DNA of 64,000 nt from Bacillota bacterium (lineage in GTDB: Bacteria; Sysuimicrobiota; Sysuimicrobiia; Sysuimicrobiales; Segetimicrobiaceae), in assembly GCA_021324295.1 (NCBI GenBank), contig JAJPJJ010000082.1, positions 96,316 through 160,315 of the forward strand, written 5' to 3'. The position numbers were made by a program, and so were the translations under genes. Under the pieces are notes generated by a model. It saw nothing but the letters and a program-made list of their open reading frames with translations, ran no database searches and was not told the DNA's origin. Shown piece after piece: positions 36,249-47,344 of this stretch (position 1 is the first letter of the stretch; the number at the start of each line of letters is the position of its first letter).

Positions 36249-37312
36249 GGGACGGGGGCTCCATCCGATGGGCCGGCGCGGTCCGCAGTATCGGGGCCGG
36301 CCTCGCCGGCATCGCCGCAACGGCCGGCGTCGGTGCTGCGATCCTCGCGGTGCTGGGGGCGTCTCCCGTAGAGGCCTACCGGCTGATCGTCGCCGGCGCG
36401 CTGGGACAGCCCGAGCGCGTCGCGTTCGTGCTCTCCGCCTGGGCCCCTCTGCTCCTCGCGGCGGCGGGGTTGCTCGTCACCTTCGCCGCCGGCCTCTGGA
36501 ACATCGGGGTCGAGGGGCAGGTGCTCCTGGGCGCGGTGTTTGCGACCGGGGCGCTCCGAGCCCTGGGACACCTGCTCCCGCCCCCGGGCGCGGTGCTCCT
36601 CGCGGGCCTCGCCGCGGTCCTGGGGGGCAGCCTGTGGGCGTTGCTCGCGGGGGCGCTGCGCGCCTACGGCAACGTGAACGAGATCTTCGGCGGGCTGGGG
36701 CTCAACTTCATCGCCGGCAGCCTGACGGTCTACCTGGTGCTCGGTCCGTGGGCCCGGCCCGGCATCGCCTCCACCAGCGGGACGCTGCCGTTTGCGCCGT
36801 CGTTGTGGCTGCCGACGATCCCGGTCCCGCCGCTTGAGGTCCCCGGCGAGGTGTTCCTCGGCATCGCGGCGATGGGCGCGGTCTCCGTCGCCCTCCGCGG
36901 AACCTACTTCGGCCTGCATCTCGCTGCGATCGGGAGAAGCCTGCGGGCGGCGCACCTTCGGGGGATCCCCACCACCCGGGAGATGCTGCGGGCGTTTGCG
37001 GCCTGCGGCGGGCTCGCCGGGCTCGCGGGGTTCGTGCTGGTCACCGGCGCGCACTCGCGCCACCAGCTCTTCCCCCTGATCTCGGGAGGGGACGGGTTCC
37101 TGGCGATCCTCGTGGTGCTGCTCGCCGGCCGCAGCGCCCTGGCGTGCATCCTCATCTCCGGGGCGTTTGCGGCGATCTCGATGGGGAGCCTGCAGCTGCC
37201 GCTCGCGATGCAGCTCGACTCCTCGATGGGCGGGGTCATTCAGAGCCTGCTCGTGCTGTGCGCGATCCTCCTCCGGGGCCTCCGGGCGCGGCTCGTCTCT
37301 CGGGAGGGATGA
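36245..37312 (+). CDS. Nucleoside ABC permease 1 (start uncertain)
   Basis: AGLWNIGVEGQ, NVNEI, GDGFLAILVVLL. Confidence 0.85.
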   Translation: MRDGGSIRWAGAVRSIGAGLAGIAATAGVGAAILAVLGASPVEAYRLIVAGALGQPERVAFVLSAWAPLLLAAAGLLVTFAAGLWNIGVEGQVLLGAVFATGALRALGHLLPPPGAVLLAGLAAVLGGSLWALLAGALRAYGNVNEIFGGLGLNFIAGSLTVYLVLGPWARPGIASTSGTLPFAPSLWLPTIPVPPLEVPGEVFLGIAAMGAVSVALRGTYFGLHLAAIGRSLRAAHLRGIPTTREMLRAFAACGGLAGLAGFVLVTGAHSRHQLFPLISGGDGFLAILVVLLAGRSALACILISGAFAAISMGSLQLPLAMQLDSSMGGVIQSLLVLCAILLRGLRARLVSREG

Positions 37313-37345
37313 GCGATCGACATCCTCGTCCTCGCCGCCGCCGTC

Positions 37346-38302
37346 GTGGCCGCCTCGCCGCCCGTCGTCTTCGCGGTGCTCGGCGAGACGCTCGCGGAGC
37401 GGTCGGGCGTCATCAACCTCTCCCTCGACGGGCTGCTCCTGCTCACGGCGATGGTCGCCTTTGCCGCGGCGCGGGCCACGACCACCCTGCTCGCGGGCTT
37501 TGCCGCCGCGATGGCCGTCGGCGCCCTGGTCGGCCTCGTGGTCGCGGTGGCCAGCCTGACCCTCCGTCAACACCAGGTCGCCGCCGGCTTCGTGTTGACG
37601 CTGCTCTGCCAAAACCTCGCCTACGTCCTCGGCGCCCCGGTCGCCCACCTCCCCGGCCCCCAGGTGGCGCACCTTCCGCTGCCGCTGTTCCGGAACTGGC
37701 CGGTCCTCGGGCCGGTGCTCTTCAGCCAGGACCCGCTGGTCTACCTGAGCATCGCCGCGACCGCGGCCGCCTGGTGGTACCTCGCCAAGACGCGGCCCGG
37801 GCTGGTCCTGCGGGGCGCTGGCGAGCGGCCGGCCGCCGCGCTGGCCCGCGGCATCCACGTCACGCGGGTCCGGTACCTGTACACGCTCGCGGGCGGCGCG
37901 CTCGTGGGGCTCGGCGGGGCGGCGTTCTCGCTCGCGGTCAAGCCGGGGTGGAGCCGCCCGTACGGCATCGAGGGCACCGGCTGGATCGTGCTGGCGATCG
38001 TGATCTTCGGGAACTGGGACCCGCTGCGCGGGGCGGCGGGCGCGTACCTGTTTGTCCTGCTCCAGACGCTGGCGACCGTCCTGCAGAGCCTGATGCCGCG
38101 CGTGCCCACCCAGGTGTTCCCCACGCTGCCGTTCCCGCTGATGATCCTCGCGCTCCTGCTCGTGACCGTGGGGAACTCCGAGTGGGTCCAGCGGGGGCTC
38201 CGCCGCCTGCCCGCCGGGACCCGCCGCGGCGTCGTGCGCGTCCTCCGCGCGCTGCAGGCATCGCCCCCGGCCGCGCTGGGGGTCCCGCTCGAGCAAGAGT
38301 GA
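37346..38302 (+). CDS. Nucleoside ABC permease 2 (true start may be ATG 37309 with a 1-nt indel)
   Basis: LGETLAERSGVINLSLDG, GAGERPAAA, GTGWIVLAIVIFGNWDP. Confidence 0.87.
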   Translation: MAASPPVVFAVLGETLAERSGVINLSLDGLLLLTAMVAFAAARATTTLLAGFAAAMAVGALVGLVVAVASLTLRQHQVAAGFVLTLLCQNLAYVLGAPVAHLPGPQVAHLPLPLFRNWPVLGPVLFSQDPLVYLSIAATAAAWWYLAKTRPGLVLRGAGERPAAALARGIHVTRVRYLYTLAGGALVGLGGAAFSLAVKPGWSRPYGIEGTGWIVLAIVIFGNWDPLRGAAGAYLFVLLQTLATVLQSLMPRVPTQVFPTLPFPLMILALLLVTVGNSEWVQRGLRRLPAGTRRGVVRVLRALQASPPAALGVPLEQE

Positions 38303-38498
38303 GACCGCGCGCTACCGCATGATCTCCCGAGTCTGCGGGGGGTGCGGACAGACGGATCGGCCGCGGGGGTGCCCCGCGCGTGCGGTCGCGGAACGGCCTC
38401 CCGCCCCAACGCATCGCGGGAGCACGGCGATCCGTTGGGGGCCCCGGGAGGGCGCGCAGCGCGGGCCCGCCGCCCCCTCGAAATCGCGCGACGCCGCG

Positions 38499-40600
<2,102 letters not shown>

Positions 40601-40631
40601 GGTCCCCGCGATCGCCTTTCCGCTCAGTGGC

Positions 40632-41126
40632 CTACGGCGTCAGATTCGCCGGGATCAGCCGCTCCACGATGAGGACATCGCGCCAGGCCCCATCGAGGCG
40701 CCCGTGCTTCTCGTAGCGGCCGACCTCGCGGAACCCGACGGACCGCAGAAGCCGCAGGCTGGCCGTGTTCTCCGGGAAGACGCGGGACACGAGCTTCCAG
40801 AAGCCGGCGCGCTCGGCCTCCCGGATCAGCGCCTCCATCGCCAGACGGCCCGCGCCGCGCCGCCGCGCGGCGCGGGCCGCGTACACGGAGAACTCCGCGA
40901 TCCCCGCGTAGCACGTGCGCGGCCGGTACGTGGACGTGGAGGCGAAGGCGATGATCCTGCCCTCTTCCTCGACGACGACGATCGGGTGCACGCCGTCGAA
41001 CCAGCCGCGCACGTCCTCGGGCGTCCGCGGCTGCGTCTCGAACGTGGCGGCGCGGTCCTCGATGCCCTCGTTGTAGATGCGGGCGATCGCGGGCGCATCG
41101 TCGGGTCCGGCGGGCCGGGCGCGCAT
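40632..41126 (-). CDS. GNAT N-acetyltransferase, PAT/ArsN1-like (phosphinothricin/arsinothricin type)
   Basis: IYNEGIEDRAATFET, YRPRTCYAGIAEFSVY, FPENTASL, KHGRLDGAWRDV. Confidence 0.8.
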   Translation of the reverse strand: MRARPAGPDDAPAIARIYNEGIEDRAATFETQPRTPEDVRGWFDGVHPIVVVEEEGRIIAFASTSTYRPRTCYAGIAEFSVYAARAARRRGAGRLAMEALIREAERAGFWKLVSRVFPENTASLRLLRSVGFREVGRYEKHGRLDGAWRDVLIVERLIPANLTP

Positions 41127-41142
41127 CGGGCTTCGGGCTCGC

Positions 41143-41910
41143 TCAGAAGTAGTTGGACGTGATCCCCCCGTCCACGACCATCACGCTGCCGTTCACCCAG
41201 GTGGACTCGTCGGAGGCCAGATAGAGGGCCATGCTGACGATGTCGTCCGGGCGGCCGAACCGGCCCATCGGGATCCGGTCGAGGCGGCGCTTCCGGGCCT
41301 CGGGGTTGTTGAGCAGCCACGACGTCAGGAGCGGCGTCTCGATCGGGCCGGGCGCGATCGCGTTGGTCCGGATCCCGCGCGGACCGAACTGAACGGCCAG
41401 GGACTTCGTGAGCGCGAGCACCCCGCCCTTGCTCGCCGTGTACGCGTCCTGGGGCACCGTGCAGCCGACGAGCGCGACGAAGGAGGCGACGTTGATGATC
41501 GAGCCGCCGCCGCCACGCAGGAGCTCCGGGATCCCGTGCTTGCAGCAGAGGTAGATGCCTTTGAGGTTGACCGCCATCACCTGGTCCCAGACCGCCTCCT
41601 CGACATCGACGACGGAGCCGTCCTGCTCGGGGAAGATCCCGGCGTTGTTGTAGAGCACGTCGAGCCGGCCGAAGCGCTCCACGGTGCGCCGGACCATGGC
41701 GCGCACGTCGCCTTCCTTCGAAACGTCGGCGCGGACGAACAGGGCGTCCCCGCCGTCCCGGGCGATGCGGGCGGCGGTCTCCTCGCCCCCCTCGGCGGCG
41801 ACGTCAACCGCGGCGACGCGCGCCCCCTCGCGGGCGAAGGTGAGCGCGGCGAGGCGCCCCATGCCGCTCCCGGCGCCAGTGATCAGGACCACCTTGTCAC
41901 GGAGCCGCAT
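41143..41910 (-). CDS. Short-chain dehydrogenase/reductase
   Basis: TGAGSGMG, YNNAG, YTASKGG, PGPIET, RIPMGRFG. Confidence 0.92.
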   Translation of the reverse strand: MRLRDKVVLITGAGSGMGRLAALTFAREGARVAAVDVAAEGGEETAARIARDGGDALFVRADVSKEGDVRAMVRRTVERFGRLDVLYNNAGIFPEQDGSVVDVEEAVWDQVMAVNLKGIYLCCKHGIPELLRGGGGSIINVASFVALVGCTVPQDAYTASKGGVLALTKSLAVQFGPRGIRTNAIAPGPIETPLLTSWLLNNPEARKRRLDRIPMGRFGRPDDIVSMALYLASDESTWVNGSVMVVDGGITSNYF

Positions 41911-42107
41911 GCATCACCCCTCCGGCGTGGCCTGGTGCTTTGGTACACCCCCGGCGGCAGATGGCGGTGCGGCGGGGGGCCGCCCCCGGCTCCGCGCCGA
42001 CGCGGTCTGCAATTTGGCGCGGCGGTCCGCTAGAAGCGACCGCGTCGAACGTCCGCTCCGGGCGGGTCCCCGTGCCCTCTCCGGACCGCCACCGGATGCG
42101 CCCAGGG

Positions 42108-43490
42108 CTAGATCCGTTCGAAGTTGCGCGCGAGCTCCCAGCACGTGACCGCCCGGTCATACGCCTGCTGCTCGAGGCGACCGGTGTGCACGTAGTGCTC
42201 GACGACCCGATCGCCGAACGCCTCTCGGGCGATCTCGCTGCGCTCCAGCTCCGCGAGCGCCTCGCGCAGCGTCCCGGGCACGCGCGGGAGCCCCTCGGCC
42301 CGGTAGGCGTCCCCTTCCACGATCGCCGGCGGCTCGATCTCGTGCTCGATGCCCCAGAGCCCGGCCGCGATCGTCGCGGCGAAGGCGAGGTAGGGGTTGG
42401 CGTCGGCTCCCGGAATCCGGTTCTCGATCCGCAGGCTCCGGCCCGACCCCGTCACGCGGAACCCGCATGTCCGGTTGTCGTGGCTCCACACCGCGAACAC
42501 CGGCGCGAACGTCCCCGCCATGTAGCGCTTGTACGAGTTGACGTACGGTGCGAAGAAGTACGCGAGTTGCCGGGCGCCCGCGAGCTGGCCGCCGAGGTAG
42601 TGCCGGAACAGCGGCGACATCCCGAGCGGCGTTGCCCCCTCGTGCCAGAAGAGGTTGCGCCGGCCGTCCCGATCCCAGAGGCTGCTGTGCACATGGCAGG
42701 AGGATCCGGCGGCATCGGGCCGCCACTTCGCCATGAAGGTGATCGCGACCTGGTTGAGCGCGGCGATCTCCTTGGCCGCCTGCTTGAGGATCGTATGCCG
42801 GTCCGCCATCTCCACCGGCGCGGCGTAGCGCAGGTTGATCTCGTGCTGACCGGAGCCCCACTCGCCCTTGCTGAACTCGACGGGCACGCCGGCGGCGTCC
42901 AGGCCGGAGCGGATCTGCCGGATCAGCCACTCCTCCTTGGTGCCCTGGAGGATGTGGTAGTCCTCGCTGTACTGGCCATACAGCTCGAGATCGTGGTAGT
43001 GCTTCCTCCGGGCGCTCTCGTAGGTCTCCCGGAAGATATAGAACTCGAGCTCGGAGGCGATCATCGGGAGAAAGCCGCGCGCGTGCGCGCGCTCCACCTG
43101 CCGCCGGAGGATCTGGCGCGGCGACTCCGGCACGGGCTCGCCCGAGTCGTCCACGACATCGCAGAGCACGAGCGCCGTCCGCTCGAGCCACGGCACCGGG
43201 CGCAGGGTGCCGAGATCGGGCTGGAGCCGCACATCGTGGTACCCGGTGTCCCAGCTCGTGAGCCGGTAGCCCGGCAGCGGCTCCATCTCGACGTCGCACC
43301 CCAGCAGGTAGCTGCACGCGTGGGCGCCGTCCCGGGCCACCTCGTCGACGAAGAAGTGCCCGGTGACGCGCTTGCCCATCAGGCGCCCCTGCATGTCCAC
43401 CATCGCCGCGACGACGGTGTCGATCTCGCCGGACGCGACCTGCGCCCGCAGGTCGTCCAGGGTCAGCCGGCCACGCATCGCCTCGCTCAT
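42108..43490 (-). CDS. Glutamine synthetase-family gamma-glutamyl-amine ligase (GlnA4/PuuA-like)
   Basis: DMQGRLMGKR, SWDTGYHD, ASELEF, KGEWGSGQHEIN, GSSCHVHSSLW, NSYKR, DNRT, ENRIPGADANPY. Confidence 0.88.
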   Translation of the reverse strand: MSEAMRGRLTLDDLRAQVASGEIDTVVAAMVDMQGRLMGKRVTGHFFVDEVARDGAHACSYLLGCDVEMEPLPGYRLTSWDTGYHDVRLQPDLGTLRPVPWLERTALVLCDVVDDSGEPVPESPRQILRRQVERAHARGFLPMIASELEFYIFRETYESARRKHYHDLELYGQYSEDYHILQGTKEEWLIRQIRSGLDAAGVPVEFSKGEWGSGQHEINLRYAAPVEMADRHTILKQAAKEIAALNQVAITFMAKWRPDAAGSSCHVHSSLWDRDGRRNLFWHEGATPLGMSPLFRHYLGGQLAGARQLAYFFAPYVNSYKRYMAGTFAPVFAVWSHDNRTCGFRVTGSGRSLRIENRIPGADANPYLAFAATIAAGLWGIEHEIEPPAIVEGDAYRAEGLPRVPGTLREALAELERSEIAREAFGDRVVEHYVHTGRLEQQAYDRAVTCWELARNFERI

Positions 43491-44572
43491 CCGGCGTCCG
43501 CCTCCCCTCCCGTCCCCGGACCCCGTCCCGGCCGCGGTCCCTCCCCGGGCGGCGCGGGCCGGACACCCCTGCTTCCATGAGATCGGCGCGGAACCCTCTG
43601 GTGCGGCCGATCCGGCGCGCGCGGCGCCCGCCCGCCGCCGGCGGGCAGGAGCGCCAGGAACGCCGCCACCACCGGCGAGAGCGTCCGGTCTCGGTGGTAG
43701 ATGAGCGAGAAGTCCAGGTGGAGCGGCTCGCGCAGGGGCCGACCGGCCAGGCGCCCCGTTGCGAGCTCCTGCGCGACGGCGGCCTGCGCCATGATGCCGA
43801 CCCCGATCCCGTCGGCGACGGCGCTCTTGATCGCCTCGTTGCTCTCCAGCTCCATCGCGGGGAGGGCCTCCAGGCCGTGCCGCTGGAACGCCCGCTCGAT
43901 CATGCGGCGGGTCGCCGACCCCGGCTCCCGCAGGATGAGCGGGTACGCGTGCAGCTCCTGCATCGTCACCGCGGGGCGGTGGGCGAGGGGGTGCCCTGGG
44001 GGGAGGATGGCCAGCATCCGGTCGCGGATCAGCGGCAGCGACCTCAGGTGGGGGTTCTCGCACGGTCCCGCGATCACCCCCGCGTGGAGGGTGAAGTCGA
44101 GGACCTGCGCGAGGATCGTGTTCGAGTTGCCGACCGACAACCTCACCCGCACGCCCGGGTAGCGCTGCTTGAACCGGTCGAGGAGGTCCGCGATGTAGTA
44201 GGCGCCCGCCGTCCGGCTGGCGCCGACGTGCAGGCGGCCGGTCCGCAGGCCCGCGACGCTGTCCATCGCGTCGCGCGCGGCGTCGAGGAGGTGGAAGATC
44301 CTCTGCGCAAAGACGTCCAGGGTGCGGCCGGCGTCCGTGACCACGACGCGCCCGCCGACGCGGTCGAAGAGCGCGAGGCCGAGATCGCGTTCGAGCCGGG
44401 CGATCTGCTGGGTGACCGCGGGCTGGGTGACGCCGATCTGCCGGGCGGCCGCGCTGAAGCTCCGGAGGCGCGCGACGAGGTGGAACGTCCGCAGGGGAAC
44501 GAGGGGGAGGGGGCGGACGGCCGCGCGGCGCCGCGCGCGCGGCGCCGCGCGGCTACCGGGGTGCACTTCCAT
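43487..44572 (-). CDS. LysR family regulator (CysL-like)
   Basis: SFSAAARQIGVTQPAVTQQIARLE; REPGSATR; SNEAIKSAV. Confidence 0.88.
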   Translation of the reverse strand: MEVHPGSRAAPRARRRAAVRPLPLVPLRTFHLVARLRSFSAAARQIGVTQPAVTQQIARLERDLGLALFDRVGGRVVVTDAGRTLDVFAQRIFHLLDAARDAMDSVAGLRTGRLHVGASRTAGAYYIADLLDRFKQRYPGVRVRLSVGNSNTILAQVLDFTLHAGVIAGPCENPHLRSLPLIRDRMLAILPPGHPLAHRPAVTMQELHAYPLILREPGSATRRMIERAFQRHGLEALPAMELESNEAIKSAVADGIGVGIMAQAAVAQELATGRLAGRPLREPLHLDFSLIYHRDRTLSPVVAAFLALLPAGGGRAPRAPDRPHQRVPRRSHGSRGVRPAPPGEGPRPGRGPGTGGEADAG

Positions 44573-44637
44573 AAGGAATGCTAATCGAGATCGCCATACC
44601 TGCTTATTTGACATTATCGGGGCGCGCCCTCTAGGAT
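44571..44637 (+). promoter_or_regulatory. LysR box plus sigma70-like promoter of the CoA-transferase operon
   Basis: ATAAG-GAATG-CTAAT (T-N11-A, 44571-44585); TTGACA at 44608-44613; TAGGAT at 44632-44637 (18-bp spacer); AT-rich patch in a GC-rich background. Confidence 0.65.
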
Positions 44638-44678
44638 GGGGGCGCAGGCCGTCCGCCGTGGAGGCGCGCGCCACCCGC

Positions 44679-45671
44679 ATGCAGCCGCGGACCACACCCA
44701 GGCAGGCCGAGAAGGTCATGACCGCCGCCGAGGCGGTCTCCCGCTTCGTGCGTCCCGGCTCGACCGTGGGGATGGGAGGTCAGAACATCGGTCGCTGCCC
44801 CGTGGCGCTCGCGCACGAGATCATCCGTCAGCGCATCGGTGAGCTCACCGTGGTCGGCTGCAACCTCTCGATCTCGATGGACCAGCTCGTCGGTGCCGGC
44901 CTCGTCCGGCGGACGATCTGCGGCTCCGGGAACCTGGAGCGGTTCGGGACGACGTTCTGCTGGAGGCGCGCGATCGAGGACGGGACCCTCGAGGTGGAAG
45001 ACTACAGCCACCTGGCGATGGTCACCCGGTTCCTGGCCGGCGAGATGGGCGTGCCGTTCATGCCGACGCGGAGCCTGCTGGGTTCAGATCTGCTCCGCGC
45101 GGCAGAGAAGGTCGCGCCCGCGGGCGGTCTGGGCGGCACCGCCGGCCGGACAGCGCCACCGACCACGCCGCATCCGGATCGACCCGTGGTGATCGACAAC
45201 CCGTGGAATCCCGGGGAGCCCGTGGTGCTGGTCCCGGCCCTCCGGCCGGACGTCAGCATCGTCCACGTCCAGCGCGCCGACGCCGTGGGCAACGTCGTCA
45301 TCGAGGGATTCGCGACCCACGAGCCCGAGATGATGCGCGCGTCGCGCCACGTGGTCGTGAGCTGTGAGGAGCTGGTGCCGAACGACGAGATCCGCGCGCA
45401 TCCCGAGCAGACGACCGTCCCGTTCGTCCACGTGAGCGCGGTCGTCGTGCAGCCCTTCGGCGCGTACCCGACGTCCACGTACCGGTACTACGACTACGAT
45501 CCGGTCCACGTCGCCGCCTACCAGGCGGCGGCGCGGGGCGGCGCGGGGGCGGTGCGGGAGTATCTCCGCGCGCACGTCTGGCAGTGTGCCCGCTTCGATG
45601 ACTACCTGCAGCGCGCCGCCGGGCGGGAGCGGCTCGAGGCCCTCAGGCGGGCGATGCAGGAGATGGTGTAG
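44679..45671 (+). CDS. CoA transferase subunit A (glutaconate CoA-transferase-like)
   Basis: ALAHEIIRQ, GVPFMPTRSLLGSDL, VPALRPDVSIVHVQRAD..GN, PFGAYPT. Confidence 0.85.
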   Translation: MQPRTTPRQAEKVMTAAEAVSRFVRPGSTVGMGGQNIGRCPVALAHEIIRQRIGELTVVGCNLSISMDQLVGAGLVRRTICGSGNLERFGTTFCWRRAIEDGTLEVEDYSHLAMVTRFLAGEMGVPFMPTRSLLGSDLLRAAEKVAPAGGLGGTAGRTAPPTTPHPDRPVVIDNPWNPGEPVVLVPALRPDVSIVHVQRADAVGNVVIEGFATHEPEMMRASRHVVVSCEELVPNDEIRAHPEQTTVPFVHVSAVVVQPFGAYPTSTYRYYDYDPVHVAAYQAAARGGAGAVREYLRAHVWQCARFDDYLQRAAGRERLEALRRAMQEMV

Positions 45672-45675
45672 GGCG

Positions 45676-46476
45676 ATGCCCGCGCCGCCCGGTTACTCTC
45701 GCCAGGAGCTCATGGTGATCGAGGCGGCCCGGCACGTCAGGGACGGCGACGTGGTCTTCGTGGGGACCGGCCTCCCGCTGCTGGCGGCGACGCTCGCCCA
45801 GCGGACGCACGCGCCCAACGTGGTCTGTGTGATCGAGAGCGGGGTGATCGCGCCGCGCGTCCGCCCGACGCCGGTCTCGGTCTCCGATCCCAAGGTGATG
45901 TACCGGGCGGTCCGGCTGGGCACGCTGCGGGAGGTCCTGGGGTGCCTGCTGCAGCGCGGCCTCGTCGACCTGGGGTTCCTCGGGGGCGCGCAGATCGACC
46001 GCTACGGCAACATCAACTCGACGGTGATCCACTCCCCCGGCGGGATGAAGCGGCTGCCGGGCAGCGGGGGCGGCAACGACATGGCGTCCCACTGCCGCCG
46101 GCTGCTCGTCATCACCCGGCACGAGCGCCGGCGGTTCCCGGAGCGGTGCGACTACATCACGAGCCCCGGGTTTCTCGACGGCCCGGGCGCGCGCGAGCGT
46201 GCGGGCCTGAGCGGAGACTTCGGGATCACCGTGGTCACGGACCTCGCGGTGCTGGAGAACGATCCGGAGACCTGCGCGCTGCGGATCGCGCAGCTCATGC
46301 CCGGCATCACGGTGGACGCGGTGCGCGCGCAGACGGGCTTCGCGCCGGGGGTGGCGCCGGGGGTGCGCGAGGTCGCGCCGCCGGCCCCGGAGGTTCTCGG
46401 CGTGCTCCGCGACGAGGTGGACCCCGACCGCGTCTATCTGAGGGAGGACGAATCCGTATCCGCGGCAAGGAGGTAG
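45676..46476 (+). CDS. CoA transferase subunit B
   Basis: VFVGTGLP, IESG, LGGAQIDRYGNINST, LPGSGGGND, DYITSPG. Confidence 0.87.
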   Translation: MPAPPGYSRQELMVIEAARHVRDGDVVFVGTGLPLLAATLAQRTHAPNVVCVIESGVIAPRVRPTPVSVSDPKVMYRAVRLGTLREVLGCLLQRGLVDLGFLGGAQIDRYGNINSTVIHSPGGMKRLPGSGGGNDMASHCRRLLVITRHERRRFPERCDYITSPGFLDGPGARERAGLSGDFGITVVTDLAVLENDPETCALRIAQLMPGITVDAVRAQTGFAPGVAPGVREVAPPAPEVLGVLRDEVDPDRVYLREDESVSAARR

Positions 46477-46481
46477 CGCGC

Positions 46482-47339
46482 ATGCCACCCGCATCTCCCG
46501 TGGATGGCCGGGAGCCGTTCCACTGGCGGACGTCGATCGCCTACAAGACCAGGGAGAAGATCGTCGTCCGGGGCTACGATCTCAACGAGCTCGTGGGGAA
46601 CATCAGCTTCGCGGAGATGGCGTACCTCGTCTGGCGGGGCGAGCTGCCGCCGCCGGCGCACGGCCGGATGCTAGACGCGCTCCTCGTCAGCATGGCCGAA
46701 CACGCGTTCTCGCCGTCGTCGGCCGCGTGCCGCTTCGTGGCCTCGGGCGGGGTCCCCCTGCACGTCGGGGTCGCCGGCGGCATGCTGGCGATTGGGACCT
46801 ACCACGGCACCGCGGACCGGCCCGCGGGGCTGTTCAAACAGGCGGTCGAGCGGATGGACCGCGAGCATCTCGACATCACGGAGGCGGCGCGCCGGGTGGC
46901 GGGCGACGCGCGCCGGGCGGGGCAGCGGCTCCCGGGGTTCCACCACCCGCAGCACATCCAGGACCCGCGCACCGCGCGGCTCCTGGCCCTCTCCGACCGG
47001 TACGGGATCTCGGGCACCTACGTGGCGATGGCGAGGGCCATCGAGGCCGCGACCGAGGAGTTCTGGGGCCGCCGCATCTTCCTCAACGGGCCGGGGGCGG
47101 TGGGCGCGATCTGCCTGGATATGGGCTTCGACGTCGAGCTCATCAAGGGCGTCTTCCTGCTTTCGCGGACGGTCTCCCTGGTCGCGCACACCTACGAGGA
47201 GCAGCACCGGGAGAAGGGGTGGCGGGCCTCGGTGAACGCCTCGACGGTCCAGCCCCTCGACCTCTCCCTGCAGCGGCCCGAGTTCTACGACGGCCCGCCG
47301 GACCGGGCGCTGCCCCGGGACCGCGGCGCCGGAGCCTAG
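46482..47339 (+). CDS. Citryl-CoA lyase-like / citrate synthase-fold small enzyme
   Basis: IVVRGYDLNEL, EHAFSPS, IGTYHG, RLPGFHHP...DPR; LNGPGA in place of the usual NVDG. Confidence 0.78.
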   Translation: MPPASPVDGREPFHWRTSIAYKTREKIVVRGYDLNELVGNISFAEMAYLVWRGELPPPAHGRMLDALLVSMAEHAFSPSSAACRFVASGGVPLHVGVAGGMLAIGTYHGTADRPAGLFKQAVERMDREHLDITEAARRVAGDARRAGQRLPGFHHPQHIQDPRTARLLALSDRYGISGTYVAMARAIEAATEEFWGRRIFLNGPGAVGAICLDMGFDVELIKGVFLLSRTVSLVAHTYEEQHREKGWRASVNASTVQPLDLSLQRPEFYDGPPDRALPRDRGAGA

Positions 47340-47344
47340 GCGCG

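Noticed and set aside
42108-43490. Housekeeping glutamine synthetase glnA
   Set aside because: DMQGRLMGKR and SWDTGY are features of the gamma-glutamyl-amine ligase branch.
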